The translations under genes were made by a program, and so were the position numbers. A stretch of DNA of 64,000 nt from a virus, in IMG/VR virus record IMGVR_UViG_3300046007_012472, positions 1 to 64,000 of that record; one strand, 5' to 3'. The notes under the pieces were generated by a model. That model had not been told where the DNA came from and searched no databases. It saw only the letters and a list, made by a program, of their open reading frames with translations. The first letter of the stretch is position 1. Every line of letters starts with the position of its first letter. Positions 54,904 to 64,000 of this stretch are shown piece after piece.

Positions 54904-55906
54904 ATTTGAACTCCTTACCCACAGCTTCTTCTAGTTTTTCCATCACAGCAGCGGTAAAATACTTTTCTGGATTCTCGTTAATGTTCTTCTCGAACGCGGT
55001 GGTGCCATCAGGGAGTTCTATACGAGTCGATACCTTCTTGAACACACCATGCTTTAGTGCGATATCCACAAGACCATAGAAAGGATTCAGTCCAGTCTCA
55101 AAGTTCAATTGAACATCAACTTCTCGATTTTCCTTGGTGAAACGGCTCTTGTAGGTTTTGCAGTGAATGATGTTTCCGACTACTTCCCCCGTTGTGTCCT
55201 TGTCTTTTTTCTTGGAAAGGTAAATAATAGTGGAAGCGGAGTATTTGAGCCCTTCTCCTCCGGACATGTCGCGGGTGGGCACATATGCACCCACGACACT
55301 GTAGGTGTGGTTCGTAACCACAAGCGGTATGCCTGCCTTTCCCAACTTGACGGAAAGGACACGAAATGTCGAACGAATGCCTTGGGCTCTGGTCATGTCC
55401 CTGACATTCTTACCCTCTCCTGCATCCGTCACCTCCTTCTCCGTTGACAACATTCCTAGAGAATCGAGAACAAACATCATCGGAATGCGGTCCTCTTCCT
55501 TTTGTTCAAGTACCTGTTCCACAATCTTCAGGGATTGATGCTTGAACTTTTCGATGGTTGAAACCGGGAACACGGCAACTCGATTACCGTCGATCTTGCG
55601 ACTTTCGAACATTTCGGTAGTGACTGCTTGCTCTGTGTCGAAATAGATCACAGCACCCTTTGGATTGTCTTTTAAAAACTGCTCAACCAGACTGAGAGCG
55701 AACCAAGTCTTTCCTGTACTCGATTCCCCCGCTAATGCAGTGATTTTGTTGCCGGGAATGCCCCCGTAAAGAGAACCGGAAACAAGTGCATTGAATGCAA
55801 ATGAACCGGTATTCAGAAACCCGGCGACATCTGCGTCAAGACCTGCTTCAACGATAGCCGCATCTTCATTGCCCGAATTTTTAATAATTTGTTTGAGAAA
55901 ATCCAT
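54887..55906 (-). CDS. uvsX: RecA-like recombinase UvsX
   Basis: AGESSTGKT, DSLGML, DMTRA, VTNHTY, MSGG. Confidence 0.96.
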   Translation of the reverse strand: MDFLKQIIKNSGNEDAAIVEAGLDADVAGFLNTGSFAFNALVSGSLYGGIPGNKITALAGESSTGKTWFALSLVEQFLKDNPKGAVIYFDTEQAVTTEMFESRKIDGNRVAVFPVSTIEKFKHQSLKIVEQVLEQKEEDRIPMMFVLDSLGMLSTEKEVTDAGEGKNVRDMTRAQGIRSTFRVLSVKLGKAGIPLVVTNHTYSVVGAYVPTRDMSGGEGLKYSASTIIYLSKKKDKDTTGEVVGNIIHCKTYKSRFTKENREVDVQLNFETGLNPFYGLVDIALKHGVFKKVSTRIELPDGTTAFEKNINENPEKYFTAAVMEKLEEAVGKEFKYGTEN

Positions 55907-55916
55907 GATGACTCCA

Positions 55917-58433
55917 TTATGCAAAGAAACTTTCAAGGCTAGCCTTCTTCTCAGCAGACCAGCCGATACAATTCACAATAGTATTTAGGGGCTCCAAAAA
56001 GCTTTTTTCAAATTGTGCCTTACGATCTACAAATCTGTGTAAATCAAGTTCCGGGGGCAGGCTAACAGGGAATGAGAACACATGATTGCCGATAGGATTC
56101 GGTGTCTTGAGATAGACAAACTTGATTTTTTCTCCCTCACGAATCAACGGGTATTTTCTGCCGAGCTTCTTGTCTTTCTTGATCTGTTCATTATAGAGCA
56201 AAGATCCCTTGACCGCGATCGGTGTTCCCTTGGCATAAATCTTGGCGACATCTGTATATTTTTGCATTCCGTTGCAACTGCGAGGGAATGAAATATCCTC
56301 GACCGGAAGTTTATTGAACTTCTCCCGGAAGTCAGAAACAAATCTCTGAAGGGTCTTCTCATCTCCGTTCATGATGATGCGTATAGCCTCTTTAAGAGCC
56401 TCACGGACGACCTTCGGTGTGGAAGACCGGGTAGTCTCGATACCCATGATCTTTTGTTCTGGAGTCTCTAGGACGACCCCATCCTCACCCATGACCACAT
56501 TCAGCATGTAACGCTTCTTGGCGGTCCAGATACCCGTATCTGCGATGCATTCCCTCTTCATCTGAAGGACATCTTCTACCCCACCTAGAGTATCGGTCAA
56601 TTCCTCAAACTTCTTGTCAATGAATGGCTGAATGATCTTATTGCACGCCTTATCCAAGAACACAAGAACTTCTTTATTCGAGGGTTCTTTCTGGAATGAC
56701 CTCTTCACCAATTCATCAAGGCAAATGTACACAGAGTCTGTATCGCTTGCGAGTACATAGTCCATGCCCTCTGTCTTGAGGGTTTTATTGAGGAATTCAT
56801 TCAGTGCCTTCTCGATCCACCGAATGACAAACTGTCCGGTGAGCGTGATAGCCTCTGCCAGACGCAGGTCATAGTGTCTGAAATACTCATTTCCAAGAGC
56901 ACCGAAGCAGGAATTCAAAGTCACCTTGAATGCCTGTTGCTTCGTCTTGGCGATAGAGACCTCTGTGCGAAGCCTCTTCTTCTCCTGCTCATCGGTACAG
57001 GTCTTGAGTTTTGCAGAGGCTTCAAGCATTCTCTGCTTGTAGATTTTTCTCTCGTTGTACAACTTTTTCATCAACTGAGGAAGAAATCCCTCTATGTCTT
57101 TACGATAAGTCGTACCGTTTGCAGCAGTGCAGACCAATCTAGACTTTCGTTCCTTGAGATCCTTGATATCCGTCCCTGCCAACAGCAAATCTGGATTGAT
57201 TGAACCACGGACACCCTCATCAGTAATTGTATCCGGTCCAAGATTAAGGAGAATGATATTGCTTGGATATAGGGAATTGATGTCGAACGACACCACCCAT
57301 TTGTGCTTGCCTACTTGGGGCTCTTTCACATACGCCCCGGTGAACTGAGCACTCTTCTCCCCCTCTTTCTTCTGGGGGATCACTATGTTCTTTTCTAGAA
57401 GAGCATTATAAGTCAAGACATCCCACAGCCTTACCTGTGAGAATACATCGTTCATGTTCGTCTTGGCAAGATACGCCATCGTCATGGCAAGCTCGATCAG
57501 CTTGAGCTTTTCTTCGAGCCTCACGACTAGATGAACATCCTTTGCGTTATATTCCATGAACTTCTGGAAGTTCTTGGTGTAGAAATCTTGAATGGTATCA
57601 TACTCTGCGTATGAGACTTTCTTTTCTCCAAGCTCGACTTCAGCGATGTGATCCAACTTGTAAGATTCGCGAGTAACGAAAGTGAATTTGCGATACAGAT
57701 CGAAATAATCAAGAATCACACGACCAACAAGGTCATACACTGTGTTCATCTTGCCCATGACTTCGACTTTACGGTCACGGATGCTCTTCCATGGGGAAAG
57801 TTCGCGAGCGGTTTCCTCACCGAACACGACGGTGTACCTGTTCACCAGATAAGGGATGTCGAAAAAGTTGACATTCCATCCAGTGATGACATCAAGATCA
57901 ATTTCTTTCCAGAACTGAAGGAAATGCTCAAGCATGTCCTTTTCATTCTGGAATTTAACAGATTCATGATTTTCTTGGAAGATGTGGAAATTCCCGACCC
58001 CGAAAACATAAGTCTCATCACCGATTCTTACGGTGATCGCAATGATTTCCTCATTCGCAAGTTCGACATTTGGGAACCCATGTTCACATTTGGTTTCAAT
58101 ATCAATGAATCCAACACGAATAAGCGTTGGATCAAAATCAATTTCGCCCTTGTAATTCTTGGCGATGTATTGATATGTCGGGTCGATATCCCCGAAGATC
58201 TCGAAATTTGAGACTCCTTCGTAGCTCTGAATGAACTCTCTGGTTTCCTGTAAGTTCCCGGGGTGGATCTCTTTGACATATGCACCATGGATGGTGCGAT
58301 AGTCCGTAGGTTTGTCTGATGGAAGGAAAAGAGCAGGAAGGAAAGGTTCCATCCTGCTCACTCTCCTGCCGTTCTCAATGCCACGAAAGAGGATCTTTGA
58401 TCCGCGGGTTGCTACATGCGTATAGAAATTCAT
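55917..58433 (-). CDS. 43: family B DNA polymerase gp43
   Basis: DIET, FDIPY, SFDINSLYP, KxxLNS.FG, SDTDS, KKRY. Confidence 0.98.
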   Translation of the reverse strand: MNFYTHVATRGSKILFRGIENGRRVSRMEPFLPALFLPSDKPTDYRTIHGAYVKEIHPGNLQETREFIQSYEGVSNFEIFGDIDPTYQYIAKNYKGEIDFDPTLIRVGFIDIETKCEHGFPNVELANEEIIAITVRIGDETYVFGVGNFHIFQENHESVKFQNEKDMLEHFLQFWKEIDLDVITGWNVNFFDIPYLVNRYTVVFGEETARELSPWKSIRDRKVEVMGKMNTVYDLVGRVILDYFDLYRKFTFVTRESYKLDHIAEVELGEKKVSYAEYDTIQDFYTKNFQKFMEYNAKDVHLVVRLEEKLKLIELAMTMAYLAKTNMNDVFSQVRLWDVLTYNALLEKNIVIPQKKEGEKSAQFTGAYVKEPQVGKHKWVVSFDINSLYPSNIILLNLGPDTITDEGVRGSINPDLLLAGTDIKDLKERKSRLVCTAANGTTYRKDIEGFLPQLMKKLYNERKIYKQRMLEASAKLKTCTDEQEKKRLRTEVSIAKTKQQAFKVTLNSCFGALGNEYFRHYDLRLAEAITLTGQFVIRWIEKALNEFLNKTLKTEGMDYVLASDTDSVYICLDELVKRSFQKEPSNKEVLVFLDKACNKIIQPFIDKKFEELTDTLGGVEDVLQMKRECIADTGIWTAKKRYMLNVVMGEDGVVLETPEQKIMGIETTRSSTPKVVREALKEAIRIIMNGDEKTLQRFVSDFREKFNKLPVEDISFPRSCNGMQKYTDVAKIYAKGTPIAVKGSLLYNEQIKKDKKLGRKYPLIREGEKIKFVYLKTPNPIGNHVFSFPVSLPPELDLHRFVDRKAQFEKSFLEPLNTIVNCIGWSAEKKASLESFFA

Positions 58434-58439
58434 GCATCC

Positions 58440-58467
58440 ATTATATCACAACTCAGGACTGATTCAA
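58440..58467 (-). promoter_or_regulatory. sigma70-type promoter giving a leaderless gene 43 mRNA
   Basis: TTGAAT-N16-TATAAT with TGn; ATG 6 nt after the -10 box. Confidence 0.75.
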
Positions 58468-58794
58468 CTGGCTCTTACGCTTTTCTTTTGTCTTCACTAT
58501 TCCGGAAAGCAGAATGCAATAATTGATGATGTCAAGAATTGCATCTTCATAGCTTTCGTTCTCCACCTTTAGTTTCCCACAATTTGCAAAGGTGCTGAGA
58601 CGAGATACCTTATCGGTTACACGAACCAAAAGTCCGACCTCAGTTGAGCATAGTCCCATAGCCTCGCATCTTTCAAAGTTTGCAAAAGGACTGTTCCCTT
58701 GATTTCCGGTATAGTCATGGTTCTTGTTTACCATGATAGCTTTAGCCTTCTCACACAGTTCGGTGTGATGCCTCAAAAGTTCATCTCTATTCAT
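58453..58794 (-). CDS. nucleotide modification-associated domain 1 (DUF1599-like) protein
   Basis: KNHDY, PFANF, VR..DK.SRL, ES.ED...D.INY. Confidence 0.75.
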   Translation of the reverse strand: MNRDELLRHHTELCEKAKAIMVNKNHDYTGNQGNSPFANFERCEAMGLCSTEVGLLVRVTDKVSRLSTFANCGKLKVENESYEDAILDIINYCILLSGIVKTKEKRKSQLNQS

Positions 58795-58795
58795 A

Positions 58796-59290
58796 TTATA
58801 CTCCTGTAGAGCCAAAACCGCCTTTGCGGTCTGTCACATGCTGATTCACCAATTCTCTGGTCTTTACAAGTTGAACTTGAGGAGCCGGAACCAATTCGCA
58901 TTGAGCAATTCGATCACCGTTCTTTATGGTGATCCAACTGTTGGTTGCGTTTATTACCCCGATCATCAATTCAAGATTGTAATCGGAATCTATTATACCA
59001 ACCGAATTCGCTAAACACAAGCCTTTCTTGATCGCATTTCCTGATCTAGAATAAACTCTCATGGAGTAATTTTTCGGGATCTCGAATACAAGACCCGTTG
59101 GAATCAGACAACGGTCCCACGGATCAAGAGTAATTTCTTCACCATAAACCTGTCTTTCCTCTTCTCCCATGGAAGAAAAGACAGATGCTGATCTGTCTCG
59201 TTTCAGATATGCTCTTATATCAAAGCAAGCTGATCCTTTTGTCCCGTATGTGGGGTCCACTACATCATCAAACAATTTCAAATAATTCAT
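58796..59290 (-). CDS. dut: trimeric dUTPase
   Basis: SACFD, RSG, GIIDSDY, GDRIAQ, RKGGFGSTG. Confidence 0.96.
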   Translation of the reverse strand: MNYLKLFDDVVDPTYGTKGSACFDIRAYLKRDRSASVFSSMGEEERQVYGEEITLDPWDRCLIPTGLVFEIPKNYSMRVYSRSGNAIKKGLCLANSVGIIDSDYNLELMIGVINATNSWITIKNGDRIAQCELVPAPQVQLVKTRELVNQHVTDRKGGFGSTGV

Positions 59291-59309
59291 ATCTCACCTC
59301 AAAAAATAA

Positions 59310-59783
59310 TTAAGTTGTTGGAAGATCCATTATTTCCGATCGTCTCTCATTAGTTATATATTCGGCGTAAACCAAGTAGTCCATAGCCTGTATTGTAACA
59401 GGATCATCGGAGATTACCTCCTGTGCAGCACCAAGAAGTTGACTGAAATCTGCAACCAATACATCATTTGCAGAAGCGGCTCTTAATATTGCTCTTTCTT
59501 CCTGTGTAAATCTCAATAAAAATTCATACGCAGTCCACACTTTACGGAGTTCATCTGCGGTTTTGTTTCTGATAATATAAAGTCTTATAACTTTATCCGG
59601 TTGAATGAGGTAATCTATATCTATTGCTTGATTTTCATTTATTTCTGGATAAACATCATTTTCTACAGGTCTATACACAGATGCCTTTGGATTGTTTGTA
59701 GAAACCCACATCTGATAAGTTTGATCACTTATTGATAAAAATCTAGAAATGATATTACCTGAAATTTGTGCATATTCAGCCAT
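59310..59783 (-). CDS. fibre-associated small protein (paralog of 62510-62884)
   Basis: WTAYEFLLRFTQEERA...ADF...AQEVISDDPVT. Confidence 0.7.
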   Translation of the reverse strand: MAEYAQISGNIISRFLSISDQTYQMWVSTNNPKASVYRPVENDVYPEINENQAIDIDYLIQPDKVIRLYIIRNKTADELRKVWTAYEFLLRFTQEERAILRAASANDVLVADFSQLLGAAQEVISDDPVTIQAMDYLVYAEYITNERRSEIMDLPTT

Positions 59784-60582
59784 TATCCATATCTCCTTGG
59801 ATGTTTAAAATTCACAGGAACATAATAATTTCCAGCTCCAGCTGCACCTGCATCTAAATTTTGTCCTATAACTGTTGTATTGACCGATGTTCCAGTTAAA
59901 CCATCATTACTTGTTCTGATTCCCGGAATATATTCAACTAATGACTCTGGTCTAATTTTAGTGGGTTTTATTCCTTTTGCCAAAGAACGAATTTCTTCAT
60001 TTGACAATCGGACATCCCACCATGCAGCTTCTGCTACCGCTACCCCGTTTGGCACAATATTATTTATTGAATCTCTTCTTAATGCCATCATAGATATTCT
60101 ATCCCATGGAGTTGCCCCTGTATTCATATCTACAGCAACGGTATTTGTAGAAAAAGTATCGCTGTAGCCGCTATATATTCTTGCTTCGTTTACCCAACAT
60201 GCAGTGATTCCTCCTGTATTATCTAAAGAAGCGCAAACATAATTCCATTGTCCATGTGGTGGAAAATGAGATGAGCCGCTCAAAAAAGGCACTAATCTAC
60301 CACTACTACCATTCCAGTGGAGTGGCACATATCCCATAATACCACCACTATTTCTCATCGCTAGACCGAATCCTCTATTTGTGGAATTTCTGGCAATACC
60401 TGCAAACACAGCGTTGGTGTTGCCACCTAATATAGGATTGGGTACAGAGGGGTCAGGGTCAATATAAACCCAAGCCCCTATCGTCATTGGAGGACATGAG
60501 GGTAAATATTCTGTTCCGACTATTTTTGATAAAGTTCCAGCAGTTGAACCCGGTGTTATGGTAGAATCAGTGAAAATTGCCA

Positions 60583-60583
<1 letters not shown>
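59783..60583 (-). CDS. LamG/concanavalin A-like lectin domain protein
   Basis: MTIGAWVY, GQWNYVC, AEAAWWDVRLSNEEI. Confidence 0.75.
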
Positions 60584-62490
<1,907 letters not shown>

Positions 62491-62509
62491 TTATATTCTC
62501 CTGCTTTAT

Positions 62510-62884
62510 TTATTCAAGAATCTGAAGGATTTCCTTCTTTCTTTGTTCCGTAAAAACGCCTATTGCAACCATATAATCCATTCCCATGACAGTAACGGGG
62601 TCATTTGATATCACTTCTTGGGCAGATTGGCACAACATCAAGAAGTCAGCCACATTTGGATCGGTCTTTGCTCGTTCACGAATATCGGCTCTTTCTTGTT
62701 GTGTGAGACGGAGGAGGAATTGATATGCTGTCCATGTTGGAGGTTTATATTCATGTCCAACATAAATCCATCCCAATTGACAAGAAAGACCATTAGGAAG
62801 TTTTGCATAATTTTCTTCACTTCCATTCAAATTGTTTTTTATTTCTATAACTTGATTAGTAGAATTCAGTATTGCCCATCTCAT
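62510..62884 (-). CDS. fibre-associated small protein (paralog of 59310-59783)
   Basis: WTAYQFLLRLTQQERA...ADF...AQEVISNDPVT. Confidence 0.7.
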   Translation of the reverse strand: MRWAILNSTNQVIEIKNNLNGSEENYAKLPNGLSCQLGWIYVGHEYKPPTWTAYQFLLRLTQQERADIRERAKTDPNVADFLMLCQSAQEVISNDPVTVMGMDYMVAIGVFTEQRKKEILQILE

Positions 62885-63999
62885 GGTGTATACTTCCTGT
62901 TAAGACCAATGTAATCCATATAATATCCAACTGATAGTGTACTGCCTGTTGCGGTCCTTCTAACACCTTCTGCTATAAAAAATGCTTCACTTCCTCTAGG
63001 AATCTCTTCTGTTATTGTTCCTACAAGAGAATCATTGATGTAAAAATTAGCTGAAGATGCACCTTGAACTACAATTTTAAAATCATACCATATTAAATTT
63101 GTCCAAGACACTCCAGAATCAATATATGTAAATCCACCACCTAATCTTCGAGTTTCACATAAAAAATTCTCAGAAATTGTATGATCGTGTATAAAATATA
63201 CACCATCTGTCGCAGTCCCAGATATTGAATCTATAAATCCACTAAAAAACACAAATGGATTAGTGGCAGAAGGTAGTACCAATCTAGACGCTGTGTATAG
63301 TGAGCCATAATAAGTGTTTGTGTATTTATTATCTGTAGGAAAATTCAGAACATTTCCAGAAAGTTGAAATGCATGCCTTGTTGTTGCTGCTGTCGTTCCA
63401 CTTTCTACATTTACAATTCCAAATCTTAAAGGAGCATTTGCTTGTGTGTTTTGATTTGTGTTCCATGTTCCCACAGAAGTTGAAACAAATGGAAGATCGA
63501 TGCTTGGACTTGCAAAATCATATAATTCAAATCTATCGTAAATACTAAATTCTGATCTACTAGGCCCAGTGGGTCCTTGAATTCCTGGATCTCCAGTGGC
63601 TCCAGTGGGTCCAGTTGCACCTGTTGCTCCGATTCCGCCAGCAATGAAATCATTCACCCAATCAGTTCCGTCATAAAACAGAGCCTGTCCAGTCTGTGGT
63701 TCATTTATGTTTGTATCATTAATATCTTCCAGATTTACTTGAGACAAAGTTCCAGACAGGTTTAGTGTCAATGTTTTCCCGCTGGTTGTGACCTTTATTC
63801 CGTTTGTTCCCACGACATCAATAATTCCAGTCAAGCCTCGAATTGACTGTACATAATTCGTGGGGATTTCTCCAGCAGGACCGGTGGGTCCCGTTGCACC
63901 CGTGTTTCCTTGAATTCCCGGATTTCCGGTATTCCCCGTATTTCCCGGTCCACCGATCAACGGTGTCACTGTAAATTTCAAGAATTCAACAGTTATTGT
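62881..63999 (-). CDS. collagen-like fibre protein, 5' truncated by window edge
   Basis: GxT triplets, VQSIRGLTG, L.DI.D....GQALFYDG..WVN; frame open to window end. Confidence 0.8.
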   Translation of the reverse strand, partial: TITVEFLKFTVTPLIGGPGNTGNTGNPGIQGNTGATGPTGPAGEIPTNYVQSIRGLTGIIDVVGTNGIKVTTSGKTLTLNLSGTLSQVNLEDINDTNINEPQTGQALFYDGTDWVNDFIAGGIGATGATGPTGATGDPGIQGPTGPSRSEFSIYDRFELYDFASPSIDLPFVSTSVGTWNTNQNTQANAPLRFGIVNVESGTTAATTRHAFQLSGNVLNFPTDNKYTNTYYGSLYTASRLVLPSATNPFVFFSGFIDSISGTATDGVYFIHDHTISENFLCETRRLGGGFTYIDSGVSWTNLIWYDFKIVVQGASSANFYINDSLVGTITEEIPRGSEAFFIAEGVRRTATGSTLSVGYYMDYIGLNRKYTP

Positions 64000-64000
64000 C

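Noticed and set aside
34316-58433. Introns, inteins or homing endonucleases in nrdJ, thyX, 61, 41, uvsX, 43
   Set aside because: All are uninterrupted and of normal length.

Overview
A 64 kb segment of a T4-like (Tevenvirinae-type architecture) myophage genome read in the standard genetic code. It carries the replication core (gp32, gp33, gp41, gp43, gp61, UvsX, NrdJ, ThyX, dUTPase), a baseplate block (gp26/51, gp54-like, gp4, gp48, gp53, giant hub protein, gp25, gp6, gp7-like), collagen-like fibre genes, seven canonical tRNAs plus one non-canonical tRNA-Ile(UAU)-like element, and a 14.4 kb island of 19 glycosyltransferase and sugar-pathway genes. Dockerin-like and Cys-rich motifs suggest a planctomycete-like host (inference). 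The most striking observation is a pair of small non-coding RNAs, each flanked by a T4-type late promoter and a terminator hairpin and each next to a tRNA cluster. One (587-670, minus) carries 17 nt complementary to the 16S rRNA 3' end (helix 45 plus anti-Shine-Dalgarno). The other (13585-13639, plus) carries 17 nt complementary to 23S rRNA helix 69. Several key phage genes look leaderless, which would fit an RNA-based ribosome-reprogramming system. Other highlights are a probable -1 frameshift joining gp26 to a start-less gp51, a RibB + aldolase + kinase + nucleotidyltransferase + phosphatase module inside the glycan island, a HicA-like protein with a capsid-targeting-like N-terminus, and a phage-encoded outer-membrane beta-barrel. 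All calls come from reading motifs by eye; no database search was run.
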